A stretch of DNA of 42,024 nucleotides from a virus, in the IMG/VR virus record IMGVR_UViG_3300013104_000040, positions 1 through 42,024 of that record. The stretch is one strand, 5' to 3'. The position numbers were made by a program, and so were the translations under genes. Positions 16,510 to 24,917 of the stretch are shown one piece after another (position 1 is the first letter of the stretch; each line of letters begins with the position of its first letter). The notes beneath the pieces are model-generated. The model was not told the DNA's origin. It saw only the letters and a list, made by a program, of their open reading frames with translations, and made no database searches.

Positions 16510-16974
16510 TTAAGCCGCTTTAGGAATGATTTGAACGCCAGTGCTACGTTGCATAGTAACTTGGTAGCTTACTAATGAATCTGCTTCAAAAGTAGGTGTA
16601 GACGGAGCTAATGAAGCTTTGTAAGTCCAGAAAGTACGCGTTGTTGGAACAGTAACCGTACCTGTTGCAATAGTTGGTTCTGCTACGCCATCACTCGCGC
16701 CAATGTAGAAAGTTAATTCTTTATGATCGTCTGCCCACTCAAGCAATTGAATATGTGTTTCATTTTCTGGATCTAGGTTGAAAGTAATTGAACCGTCACC
16801 CGGATCATTCAAACCAGTTAAATAAGCTTTCGATTTAGTTTCTTCTAAACAAGTATTTTCAAGCTTAGATGTACTATCACTGCCCAAATCAATAGCAGTA
16901 ATACAGATTGCTTTAGTAATGGCCGTGCCATCAGAGATAAAAACGTTAGTACCTTGTGTACGTAAAACTGCCAT
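16510..16974 (-). CDS. Major tail (tube) protein
   Basis: 154 aa and beta-rich, immediately upstream of the chaperone pair, preceded by a terminator and a strong RBS (GAGGAG). Confidence 0.75.
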   Translation of the reverse strand: MAVLRTQGTNVFISDGTAITKAICITAIDLGSDSTSKLENTCLEETKSKAYLTGLNDPGDGSITFNLDPENETHIQLLEWADDHKELTFYIGASDGVAEPTIATGTVTVPTTRTFWTYKASLAPSTPTFEADSLVSYQVTMQRSTGVQIIPKAA

Positions 16975-16998
16975 GAGTAGCTACTCCTCAAATTTTAG

Positions 16999-17024
16999 GC
17001 AATAAAAAACCGCCTTTCGGCGGC
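16999..17024 (-). terminator. Intrinsic terminator (minus strand) with TTTTTTATTG tail, upstream of the major tail gene
   Basis: The minus strand reads CGCCGCCGAAAGGCGG followed by TTTTTTATTGCC. Confidence 0.75.
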
Positions 17025-17042
17025 GTGGGTTTTGGTTGATTT

Positions 17043-17279
17043 CTATAGGCGCTGATATTCAACGCAATTATTTAAAATTGTTGGATGTGGCTTTCCGTTC
17101 AACATAATGAATCTGGTTTCGAGTCGCTTATTAGTGCATGTCCATTCATTACGGTTTAGTTCTATTGTTGGAGATATAGACTCTTTGTAGCCCACATAAA
17201 TAACTACGGTTATTAGTGAAATAACAAGGAGTGAGCATATCCAGCCGAACCAATTCAATTCTTTTAGGAAATCTCTCAT
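17043..17279 (-). CDS. Small membrane-anchored protein inserted between the tail terminator and tail tube genes (function unknown)
   Basis: 78 aa with TM FGWICSLLVISLITVVIYVGY and a Cys-containing C-terminal part. Flanked by a 74-nt gap upstream and a terminator downstream. Confidence 0.6.
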   Translation of the reverse strand: MRDFLKELNWFGWICSLLVISLITVVIYVGYKESISPTIELNRNEWTCTNKRLETRFIMLNGKPHPTILNNCVEYQRL

Positions 17280-17353
17280 TCACCGACCTCATCAAATATG
17301 GGTAGACATGGTTGAATTTGGCGGTCAATCCTCATCTTAGGGACAATAACTAA

Positions 17354-17716
17354 CTATCGGTCTAAAAACCAATTTGCATCAAAACCGCGGACATAAAGCT
17401 TAGTTGCTTTTTCAAAATCACTAATTCGGGGATTCAAAATATAGCTTTTGGTTTCTAATGCTTTTCGAATGGCTTCACGAGCTTCATAAGCTCTTTTCTG
17501 ATTTGTGTCATATACCATCACTTGATACATGACATGATCAACCTCAGCCGGACAGTCAAGATTATTTTCGGCAGGACCTCCAATGTCTTGCCAAACTGCA
17601 TAAGGTGTTGGGGTATCAAGTGGTACTAAATCTTCATAAACGCGCAAATCGGTGCCTAAAATGGCTTTAACAGCCGCATCAGCATTCAAAGTTCTATAAA
17701 TCGGAAGGAAGCTCAT
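17354..17716 (-). CDS. Tail completion / tail terminator protein (DUF3168-like)
   Basis: MSFLPIYRTLNADAAVKAILGTDLRVYEDLVP..TPYAVWQ resembles the DUF3168 N-terminal pattern. Synteny is consistent. Confidence 0.6.
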   Translation of the reverse strand: MSFLPIYRTLNADAAVKAILGTDLRVYEDLVPLDTPTPYAVWQDIGGPAENNLDCPAEVDHVMYQVMVYDTNQKRAYEAREAIRKALETKSYILNPRISDFEKATKLYVRGFDANWFLDR

Positions 17717-18186
17717 AGTTTTGATAATTCCTTTTCTAGTTCAGCATTAAATGACTGGCTGAAAGTGTCTGTTACCTTTTGGACATTGTTAGCGAGTGCT
17801 GGACGCATGAAAGGTACTGCGGGAATTTCTGACGTTCCGTATTCCAAAAAGCGCCAGTATGTAGTGTTTCCACCAGATTTAGCCGCAAGCGCAGCTCGAT
17901 CTGAATAAGCATTCATTGCTGCACCACCATCCACTCCGACCCGCATAATCACAAGGCTTTTATCTCTGGACTTTCCAGAACTCACTTTAATGTTTTTCCA
18001 GATCTTCTCTACTGTTTCAGGGTCATCAATGGCTTTTGCGTTTTGTCTTGCCGCATCACGGACAATATTCATTGCTTTTCTAGATGCTCGCATTGCAGCA
18101 TTGCGTATTTTGCGTGGATCCTTTAGTAAATCCATCTTCCGCAACACTTCATCCAAGCCTTCAATTTTTACATCCACATCAGCCAT
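17713..18186 (-). CDS. Head-tail joining protein, HK97 gp10 family
   Basis: MADVDVKIEGLDEVLRKMDLL.. matches the typical HK97 gp10-family start. Synteny is consistent. Confidence 0.65.
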   Translation of the reverse strand: MADVDVKIEGLDEVLRKMDLLKDPRKIRNAAMRASRKAMNIVRDAARQNAKAIDDPETVEKIWKNIKVSSGKSRDKSLVIMRVGVDGGAAMNAYSDRAALAAKSGGNTTYWRFLEYGTSEIPAVPFMRPALANNVQKVTDTFSQSFNAELEKELSKL

Positions 18187-18194
18187 AAATACCT

Positions 18195-18542
18195 CTACTT
18201 GGGCACTTCTACCCCTTGGCTAAGCAAGAAAGTACAGTAAGTGTATGAGTCCTCGCTATCATCCAAAGCTTGGCTGTGAATAGAGAAATTTCGCCCCTTC
18301 CAAATGACTTGCATCTTTGTATTGATGTCTTCTCGATAGCGGATCTTCATCCGTGCCACAACTTCGGATTGGTCAGCCTGAGCAGCAATCAAATCTTTCG
18401 CTGATAATGGAGTGACTTTAGCCCAAAGCTTTTTGTATTCAGACCAGCCGCCTTCGATTGGGAAGCCATCGTCATCACGACCGGGTGCTGTATAAACTTG
18501 GATTGTTACTCGGTGGCGTAATTCACCTGCATTTTGACCCAT
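18195..18542 (-). CDS. Head closure / head-tail adaptor protein (SPP1 gp16-like)
   Basis: MGQNAGELRHRVTIQ.. matches the LRHRITIQ-type signature. The likely ATG is at 18542 (track start 18617). Confidence 0.65.
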   Translation of the reverse strand: MGQNAGELRHRVTIQVYTAPGRDDDGFPIEGGWSEYKKLWAKVTPLSAKDLIAAQADQSEVVARMKIRYREDINTKMQVIWKGRNFSIHSQALDDSEDSYTYCTFLLSQGVEVPK

Positions 18543-18549
18543 AGCAACC

Positions 18550-18843
18550 TCACACAGCCGTTGGAGTTCGATAAGTGAATAAAAGTGCCTGAACTGGTTG
18601 TGGCATAAAATTGCCATTCACAGGTGCGTCAGATTCAGCATTTCGGTGCTTGTCGTAATATCCGACATACACAAGTACCGCTAATCGGAACTCTTCGGGA
18701 TATGGCAATTCATGATGAACTGCATCGGTGTATCGCAAAACGGCAGATTCAGCTGCTTTTCGATAGATTTCCAAGTTAGTGTCATTTGAATCATCATCGT
18801 AGCGAAGGTGTTCTTTTACTTCTTCCAGAGTAACTATGCTCAT
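18550..18843 (-). CDS. Head-tail connector protein (gp6-like)
   Basis: MSIVTLEEVKEHLRYDDDSNDTNLEIYRKAAESAV.. is typical of the gp6-like connector family. The likely ATG is at 18843, overlapping the portal stop. Confidence 0.65.
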   Translation of the reverse strand: MSIVTLEEVKEHLRYDDDSNDTNLEIYRKAAESAVLRYTDAVHHELPYPEEFRLAVLVYVGYYDKHRNAESDAPVNGNFMPQPVQALLFTYRTPTAV

Positions 18844-20306
18844 TCTGTCCACTCCTTCGCGCATAACTTAAAGTTCTTATGGTCAAACTCGCCTAAATGG
18901 TCTTTTTCAACATGCCATAACGAGCCATTCTTAGTGACGAATTCACCCTTTTTGTAAGCCACATCGTCTTTAAAAACACCCTTCCAAAGCGATTTAAGCG
19001 CATTTTCACCTTCTGGCTGTTCCTCGTCAGGCTTAGATGTTTCTGTTGCTTGTGCGGCACTAGATGAAGTATTAAATGGGTCTTCTTTAGCATCCCGCTT
19101 CGCAAGGGCTTCAAGAGAATAGTTTTGTTGTTGGATCATTGGTGAGTTTCCACCCTCAACAGGCAACATACCCAACTCTGCACGGCCTTCGTTTGGTGCA
19201 ATTAGCCCAGCACTTACCCCTTCTTTGAGATATGCCATCTTAGATGATTGGTTCATACGAATAAGAGCACCTAAATCTAAGAATGCTTCAACTTTAAAAC
19301 TAGGTAGATCCAAACCTTCATCAAGGAGGTTTTCACGTGCTTCAATTAATGCTTGTAAACAGTCTGAATAGTAAATCTCATTAAGGTTTTCGACATTTGT
19401 CGTGCCTTGAACATCCACAACACCAACTTTAAAAGGAGGCACATTGAATGCAGTACAGACAATACGAGCTGTCACTCCCAACTGCTCAATCATTTGAGAA
19501 TCTGCGGCACTAATGCCTAATGGGATGTATGTCATCCCATCACCAATTACGGCAGTCTTACCAAAGTTAGCGCCTGTGTAATTTTGGTTCCATCTAGTTT
19601 GAATCTCTTCTGCTTTTTCTTTAGTAATTGAACCCGGAGCAACTAGGATTCCACCCGGACGACTACCATTGCCAAAAAAACTTGATCCATTTTTGATGAT
19701 CTTCACACCCATACCTGCTGCAATTCCACATGCAACAATTGGAGATAAGCCAACTAGAGGGTGATAAAAGGCATTAATACGGTCATGAATGATTTCAGAG
19801 GCTGGAACAATTACAGATTCGGTTTGTGTTAAGCGGTCAGTATTGAATTGATAGAAGACATTGCCGTTATCATCAACTAATGGATATACAAGGTCAGGGT
19901 TGAGTACCACCATTCGGTACACATCGCCAAAAACATCACGCAATTTCCAAACATAGGTGTTTCCGCGCAGTAGTAAACTAGAAGTCCACTGTTCTTGGAA
20001 CTGTTGCCAAGTTTGATAGTTATTTGGCTTCTTTAAAACACGTAGTTTTTCTGGAACATCAACACCAACAAGAACACCTTGTTTCTTGCGCTTTAAAAGA
20101 ATTGGTAATTTACCAATATCCTTTGAGATAAGACTTACACAGGCGAATACAGCATAAGATGCTACTAGGTCTTCACGTGTTAATTCATCATTTTTCTGCC
20201 AAGCACCTGAGTATGGCTCTTGCACAAACAAGCTTGTAAAAGTCTGCTCAGCATTATGGACACTTTGAAAGCTCTTTTTACCTCTAAACCAGTCAAGAAT
20301 GCCCAT
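18840..20306 (-). CDS. Portal protein, HK97 family, with a ~90-aa C-terminal extension
   Basis: FACVSLISKDIGKLP, LLRGNTYVW, GLSP, FFGNGSRPGGIL and FNVPPFKVG follow the HK97-family portal pattern. 488 aa. Confidence 0.85.
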   Translation of the reverse strand: MGILDWFRGKKSFQSVHNAEQTFTSLFVQEPYSGAWQKNDELTREDLVASYAVFACVSLISKDIGKLPILLKRKKQGVLVGVDVPEKLRVLKKPNNYQTWQQFQEQWTSSLLLRGNTYVWKLRDVFGDVYRMVVLNPDLVYPLVDDNGNVFYQFNTDRLTQTESVIVPASEIIHDRINAFYHPLVGLSPIVACGIAAGMGVKIIKNGSSFFGNGSRPGGILVAPGSITKEKAEEIQTRWNQNYTGANFGKTAVIGDGMTYIPLGISAADSQMIEQLGVTARIVCTAFNVPPFKVGVVDVQGTTNVENLNEIYYSDCLQALIEARENLLDEGLDLPSFKVEAFLDLGALIRMNQSSKMAYLKEGVSAGLIAPNEGRAELGMLPVEGGNSPMIQQQNYSLEALAKRDAKEDPFNTSSSAAQATETSKPDEEQPEGENALKSLWKGVFKDDVAYKKGEFVTKNGSLWHVEKDHLGEFDHKNFKLCAKEWTE

Positions 20307-20316
20307 TTTTACCGCC

Positions 20317-20484
20317 TTATTCGCTAGTTTTTACTTCTTTTTTAGGTTTGCTTGGTGCCTTTTTAGGTTCCTCATAAGGCTTAGCAACACCCGTTTTAAT
20401 CAAGATATTTGCTTCAAAATCTGTTACTTCAAGCACATCACCCACATTGGCGTTGTGCATAACCTGTAAATATTCAATTTTCAT
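20317..20484 (-). CDS. 55-aa ORF between capsid and portal genes (hypothetical)
   Basis: Hand translation gives MKIEYLQVMHNANVGDVLEVTDFEANILIKTGVAKPYEEPKKAPSKPKKEVKTSE. It fills the gap between the capsid terminator and the portal start. The RBS is weak. Confidence 0.4.
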   Translation of the reverse strand: MKIEYLQVMHNANVGDVLEVTDFEANILIKTGVAKPYEEPKKAPSKPKKEVKTSE

Positions 20485-20528
20485 AGCTGTTCCCATAGCT
20501 CAACAGTGAGTTTTCATTGTTCAGATAT

Positions 20529-20559
20529 GAAAACAGCCCCTATTAAGGAGCTGTTTTAG
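20529..20559 (-). terminator. Hairpin terminator after the major capsid gene
   Basis: AAAACAGC..GCTGTTTT is a symmetric A-run / T-run hairpin lying 12 nt past the capsid stop. Confidence 0.6.
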
Positions 20560-20570
20560 TCAAATCACCA

Positions 20571-21902
20571 TTAAGGTGTAGGCGTGTAGTCAATGTATGC
20601 AGCTGCAATTGCACGACGTTTTGCCCAAGTGATGAACTTCTCTACACGAATGGCAAATTTGTTTTCTTGCCATAAGTTATGAGTAGTAGAACCATCAACA
20701 AGTGTCGCTTGGTCGCTGTAAGCAACATCTACCCCACCATCTTCGGCCACCAATAGTTCACTCATTTTCACAAGAATTACTTTGTCGCCCACTGCTTGAG
20801 AGGTCACTACTGGAATACCCAATAATGAACGTGCTCCGCTAAAGTTCATGCCATTAAAGTACGTGTTACCCAATGCATCACGAAGCAATGCATATTGCAT
20901 AGCGCGTGTTTCACTCATCAGGAAGTATGAATTATCTGTACTCAGGTTGGCTGTAACAAAAGCTGTGATTAGCTTCATCAAGTCAGCTTCGATTTGGGCA
21001 GCAGTACTACCAGAAGGCGTAATAGCTGTGACGCCATTTAAAATACCAACAGGTGTTGTATTTGTTTCAGCCTGAGAGCCAAGGAATGTAGTGTCGATTA
21101 AAGCTTTTGAAGCTTCAATTAAGTCATCCAAAACTAAACGGTCGATTGCAGGATCTGCACGACGCAACAACTCCTGTGTGTATACAGTAATTGCTGCAAG
21201 TTTGTGTTCATCTACTTCAACATTACCAAAAGTAGGGTTTGTAAGTGGTTTACGTGCACCTTCACCAACCCATTGTGCAGAGCCACCAGATAATTGACCG
21301 CTAATTTCAATGTTAAAAGGTACAGAACGGTAGCCTTTCAGCTTGTCAAAAATAGTTGCATTACGCAGCAACTCAATGAATTCACCTGTATATGTATCAC
21401 GATGTACTAATGGTGCGGCAAAACCTGCATCTGTAGTGGTTCCAAGAGTTGCTTTTTCAACGTATTGCACAACATCTTCGCTATAACCCAACTGTTTAGC
21501 AGCATCAACAACTGTAAGTAAAGACCCTTTCTTCTGTACGTGACATGCAAGCATTTTTGCACGTGCAAATTGAGCAAATCCCATACCCTTCGGAAGGTTG
21601 GACTTTACGACAATCGGCTCTGTTGGATTTGGGTTTCCATTCGCAGCTTCTTGAGCTTCTTGTGGGTTCTGACCAGCAACAGGAGTAGCAGTAGTTGCAG
21701 CTTTCTCTCCTTGCTTAATCATTTCTTTTACACGAGCAATGTTTTTTTCAAGAGTTGCAATTTCAGCATCAATGCCGTCGATTTGCTTTTCTTCATCTTC
21801 ATTAGGCGTTTGACCAGCATCAAGTGCTTTAGTCACAATACCCTGCTTTTCTGCATTTTTTTGTGCTAAAGCATCAAGAAGTTGTTTTAAATATTTGTTC
21901 AT
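20571..21902 (-). CDS. Major capsid protein, HK97 fold, with an N-terminal coiled-coil delta domain
   Basis: 443 aa. The N-terminal ~100 aa are helical (scaffold-like), followed by a capsid-type core. Directly follows the prohead protease. Confidence 0.85.
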   Translation of the reverse strand: MNKYLKQLLDALAQKNAEKQGIVTKALDAGQTPNEDEEKQIDGIDAEIATLEKNIARVKEMIKQGEKAATTATPVAGQNPQEAQEAANGNPNPTEPIVVKSNLPKGMGFAQFARAKMLACHVQKKGSLLTVVDAAKQLGYSEDVVQYVEKATLGTTTDAGFAAPLVHRDTYTGEFIELLRNATIFDKLKGYRSVPFNIEISGQLSGGSAQWVGEGARKPLTNPTFGNVEVDEHKLAAITVYTQELLRRADPAIDRLVLDDLIEASKALIDTTFLGSQAETNTTPVGILNGVTAITPSGSTAAQIEADLMKLITAFVTANLSTDNSYFLMSETRAMQYALLRDALGNTYFNGMNFSGARSLLGIPVVTSQAVGDKVILVKMSELLVAEDGGVDVAYSDQATLVDGSTTHNLWQENKFAIRVEKFITWAKRRAIAAAYIDYTPTP

Positions 21903-22180
21903 AGAGATACTCCACCCTTTGTTGGGCTGTTTAGTTTTACGACAACGTGTTTTTGCTCAGATGAATCGCCATCTGTTGCGGTTTTCTGAGGTTTATTGCC
22001 CAACGCGGCTTTGTATTCCTCGAAAGCTTTTGAATAATCTGTTGAACTGTCGCGGTTACATGGAATGGTCACTAATGAGAGTTCGTACCACTCCCAGTTG
22101 TTGAACTGGATGCCACCACCTTTGATAAATTCTGCTTGTTCCCAGTCTGCTAAGAACCCCACTGATAGGCCCTTTACCAA
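21899..22180 (-). CDS. Prohead protease (HK97 / S78 family), C-terminal fragment; this frame is open up to 22259
   Basis: ..LVKGLSVGF.. and ..YELSLVTIPCNRDS.. match the GLSIGF and E(V/L)SLV..PAN protease motifs. The frame continues upstream as DHIPEIKEEGNLKARVDEAYQSLKYG without a start codon. Confidence 0.75.
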   Translation of the reverse strand: MVKGLSVGFLADWEQAEFIKGGGIQFNNWEWYELSLVTIPCNRDSSTDYSKAFEEYKAALGNKPQKTATDGDSSEQKHVVVKLNSPTKGGVSL

Positions 22181-22221
22181 GCCATACTTGAGGCTTTGAT
22201 ATGCTTCATCGACACGGGCCT

Positions 22222-22491
22222 TTAAATTGCCTTCTTCTTTGATTTCGGGAATATGATCTCTACTTCGATCCCCTTATCTGTGACCTTCGCATCTATTACT
22301 TGACCAATAGGAGCGCTATGCTCATGGTGAAAAAGTAAGGGCATTGGTAATTCAAACTTCGCACCACTTGGGACCATGATGTCTTTTGCGCGATCTGCAT
22401 TCGGTGTACTTGCAATACCCTTGAATGTTCGCTTTTCTTCATCTGTGCTCTTGATTTCAAAAGAGCCAAATGATTTCTGTAAGGCAGGCAT
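22222..22491 (-). CDS. Prohead protease (HK97 / S78 family), N-terminal fragment, ending in an out-of-frame tail
   Basis: MPALQKSFGSFEIKSTDEEKRTFKGIASTPNADRAKDIMVPSGAKF..PLLFHHEH..PIGQV is the protease N-terminal pattern. It has a strong RBS (AAGGAGAG). It stops at 22222 after PKSKKKAI. Confidence 0.75.
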   Translation of the reverse strand: MPALQKSFGSFEIKSTDEEKRTFKGIASTPNADRAKDIMVPSGAKFELPMPLLFHHEHSAPIGQVIDAKVTDKGIEVEIIFPKSKKKAI

Positions 22492-22504
22492 TGAGCTCTC
22501 CTTT

Positions 22505-22534
22505 AAAAAAGAAAAAGCCCGCAAAATGCGAGCT
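22505..22534 (-). terminator. Intrinsic terminator (minus strand) between terL and the protease
   Basis: The minus strand reads AGCTCGCATTTTGCGGGCT followed by TTTTCTTTTTT. Confidence 0.6.
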
Positions 22535-22552
22535 AGGATTTAATTAATTTAG

Positions 22553-24232
22553 TTAGACAAAAAAGACGTTGTATTCTTTTGTGGATGGTTCAGGGTTCAT
22601 CGACATGAGAGCTACTGCGTTGAAATCAGCAATTAGTGGGTCAATCTTTGCCACACCAGATTCTTGCTTACTAATCATCATGCCGTTACCTTTCATAACC
22701 ACTCTTGCATTCCCTGCACACCAAGTCATAAGCTCCTGTCCAGCATGGTAGAGATTACCTTCAGCTAATTTACGCTCCATTGTCAAAATATATCCCATAA
22801 GCTTTAAGCCTTGAGGCACTGCGACAAGCTTTTCCTCTGGTATTCCTGCATCAAGTAGCCCGTCAAGCAAACCACCTAAACCAAGTGGGTCTAAGCCAAT
22901 TTTGTCTAGCTTTCCAGAATCAAAAACTTTTTTTGCCATAGCAGCAAGTTGATCAATATCATCACCAACACGCTCAACAATGGTTAAACTCCCCTCGCGC
23001 ACAAAATCTGTATACTTGGGTGCGTTCTCTTTACGCCTTTCAACTGCAATTTCATTGCACCATGCATGGTTCCATTTCCACCAGATCCGTGAATTGCCTT
23101 TTAACCTACCTAAAACACTAAAGCCCAGAAGGTCATCCAATCCACCACCATCTACACCAAGCTCAATTAACTCTGATTTTTCAATCAACCGCTCAAGGGT
23201 GATGCTGGCTCTAGCTTGTTGAAGCCAGTACTCTGCACCTGCCCACCGGTTAGCACGAAGATTCATGCCGATTTCAATGTTTAAATGCTTGGCCAAGAAG
23301 TCACGAAGCGATTCTTCACCCGCATCTTTGACCTTTTTAAACTCTGAAATCAGATATTCAAGGTCAACTGATGCGCCTAAGTTTGGGTTTGTGATGTAGA
23401 AGTTTTCAGGCTTTAGGTGTTCGCCCGCTTCTATCATATTTTTAGGGAATTCATAGATAAGGGGTAAAAATCCTTTATCCTCTTTTATTCCATCCCGCAC
23501 ATCACGGGCATAGTCCAGAAGTTGCTTAAATACACCGCATGGCACTTCATCTGACATTGTAGACAGATATATCACGCAACCTTCAGGACGTGATGCCAAA
23601 CCACCTTTTGCTTCACGGAACATTGATTCAGCATTAGCACGTTTACCAAAGAGCCAAACCTCATCGATTAAAATGATTGAAGCTTTCTTCCCCGCTGCTG
23701 CATTAGATTCTGCTGCAATTACTTTTAGAGTTGCGCCAGTACCCAAATGAGTAACTGTCTTTGTGTGCTCAGACACATTGATCATTGCACTGAGTTCTTC
23801 ATCCGCTCTGATAAAATCACGAATCGGATTAAAGCTATTGTCTGCAACCTCTTTTGTTGGCGCTAAAATGATTAGCTCAGCAGAAAGACGATCATTCAGC
23901 AACAAAGCAACAAGCATCACGCCTGCTGCAATAGTAGATTTTGTATTCTTCTTGGAAATCAGAAGAAAGAACTCACGGATTAGTCTTCGTTTTGTGTTTG
24001 GGTCGTATGCACCGAAAATTGCGCGGACAAACTCAATCACCCATTCCAATGTGACATCGCCCATCTTCGGGCTACCCATCACATCAACAAGAATTAATTC
24101 TTTAAATATGCGCTCTGCAACATCAGCAACTTGTGGGAATAATGGCTCACAAGGCATGAGCGACTGTTTAGCAACAATACGCTCCTCCCAGTCTGGGCAA
24201 GCGGTTGTCCATTCTGGAAGCATTGCGGTCAT
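22553..24232 (-). CDS. terL: Terminase large subunit
   Basis: 559 aa. Contains a Walker-A-like region (LISKKNTKST), a Walker-B-like region (ASIILIDEV) and a C-terminal nuclease-like half. Synteny with terS and HNH is consistent. Confidence 0.9.
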   Translation of the reverse strand: MTAMLPEWTTACPDWEERIVAKQSLMPCEPLFPQVADVAERIFKELILVDVMGSPKMGDVTLEWVIEFVRAIFGAYDPNTKRRLIREFFLLISKKNTKSTIAAGVMLVALLLNDRLSAELIILAPTKEVADNSFNPIRDFIRADEELSAMINVSEHTKTVTHLGTGATLKVIAAESNAAAGKKASIILIDEVWLFGKRANAESMFREAKGGLASRPEGCVIYLSTMSDEVPCGVFKQLLDYARDVRDGIKEDKGFLPLIYEFPKNMIEAGEHLKPENFYITNPNLGASVDLEYLISEFKKVKDAGEESLRDFLAKHLNIEIGMNLRANRWAGAEYWLQQARASITLERLIEKSELIELGVDGGGLDDLLGFSVLGRLKGNSRIWWKWNHAWCNEIAVERRKENAPKYTDFVREGSLTIVERVGDDIDQLAAMAKKVFDSGKLDKIGLDPLGLGGLLDGLLDAGIPEEKLVAVPQGLKLMGYILTMERKLAEGNLYHAGQELMTWCAGNARVVMKGNGMMISKQESGVAKIDPLIADFNAVALMSMNPEPSTKEYNVFFV

Positions 24233-24242
24233 TTATTCTGTC

Positions 24243-24267
24243 CAATAAAAAACCGCCTCGAGGGCGG
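24243..24267 (-). terminator. Intrinsic terminator (minus strand) with TTTTTTATTG tail, 10 nt upstream of terL
   Basis: The minus strand reads CCGCCCTCGAGGCGG followed by TTTTTTATTGGAC. Confidence 0.75.
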
Positions 24268-24419
24268 AATAAATTGTCTGGCAGGTTGCGAACCCTGCAT
24301 GTATGGCTGAGATAAGCCGATGTTTATGGCACATTCGAAAGCCTGGCTACGCATCCCCCATACTGGTTCAGGACATTGCTTACTCTCTCACCGTGTCGCC
24401 CACGGATTCAGACAAAACT
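24268..24419 (-). ncRNA. Candidate structured RNA / DNA element in the terS-terL intergenic region
   Basis: About 150 nt with no plausible ORF, and visibly GC-richer than its flanks. Nested complementary segments are present: 24274-24280 with 24409-24415 (7 bp), 24301-24306 with 24358-24363 (6 bp), and hairpins at 24281-24298 and 24391-24405. Confidence 0.3.
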
Positions 24420-24869
24420 TTAACTAGGCAATTGGTTATTCAAAGTACCGAACTTGCCTGATTTTGTTGCTTGTTTAGCCGCATCCTCTTTAGTTTCTTT
24501 CTTGCCCTTTTCTGCAACTTTGCCGTGGACGTATGGGAGTGCCGCTTGTGCTGCCCGAACTCGTAGAGCCATGTCTTCAACTGGATCAGAATAGACAGAT
24601 TCTAAAAACTCTAAAGGGTCAGCTAAACTCTTGGCAGCATGAATAGTTGTGTTAGTTGTTAATGGTTTAACATCGTGTTTAACAATTTGCTCAGGTGTAG
24701 CTTTTCCTAATCTTTCAAGATAAGCAATCACATCAGGGTCTTTAGCTAATCTCGCACCTGCCGCAGATGCAGTGTTTTCAGGGCATCCAGCTAAAATAGC
24801 TGCTTCTTTATTATTTTTACCTTTCTGTTTTGCGAGGGCAAATGCCTTCTTTTTTTCTGTTAAAGCCAT
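24420..24869 (-). CDS. terS: Terminase small subunit (HTH type)
   Basis: MALTEKKKAFALAKQKGKNNKEAAILAGCPENTASAAGARLAKDPDV is a typical N-terminal HTH of small terminases. Positioned upstream of terL. Confidence 0.75.
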   Translation of the reverse strand: MALTEKKKAFALAKQKGKNNKEAAILAGCPENTASAAGARLAKDPDVIAYLERLGKATPEQIVKHDVKPLTTNTTIHAAKSLADPLEFLESVYSDPVEDMALRVRAAQAALPYVHGKVAEKGKKETKEDAAKQATKSGKFGTLNNQLPS

Positions 24870-24917
24870 ATACCCTCCTTTAACATATTTATGATTAGGG
24901 AAATTTTTTTATAAATG

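Noticed and set aside
24281-24320. A possible degenerate tRNA or T-arm (GCAGG-GTTCGCAA-CCTGC), or a hammerhead core (CUGA..), in the terS-terL spacer.
   Set aside because: No acceptor stem or anticodon arm can be built. The loop is 8 nt, and CUGAAU lacks the CUGANGA..GAAA core. No known class could be assigned by eye.
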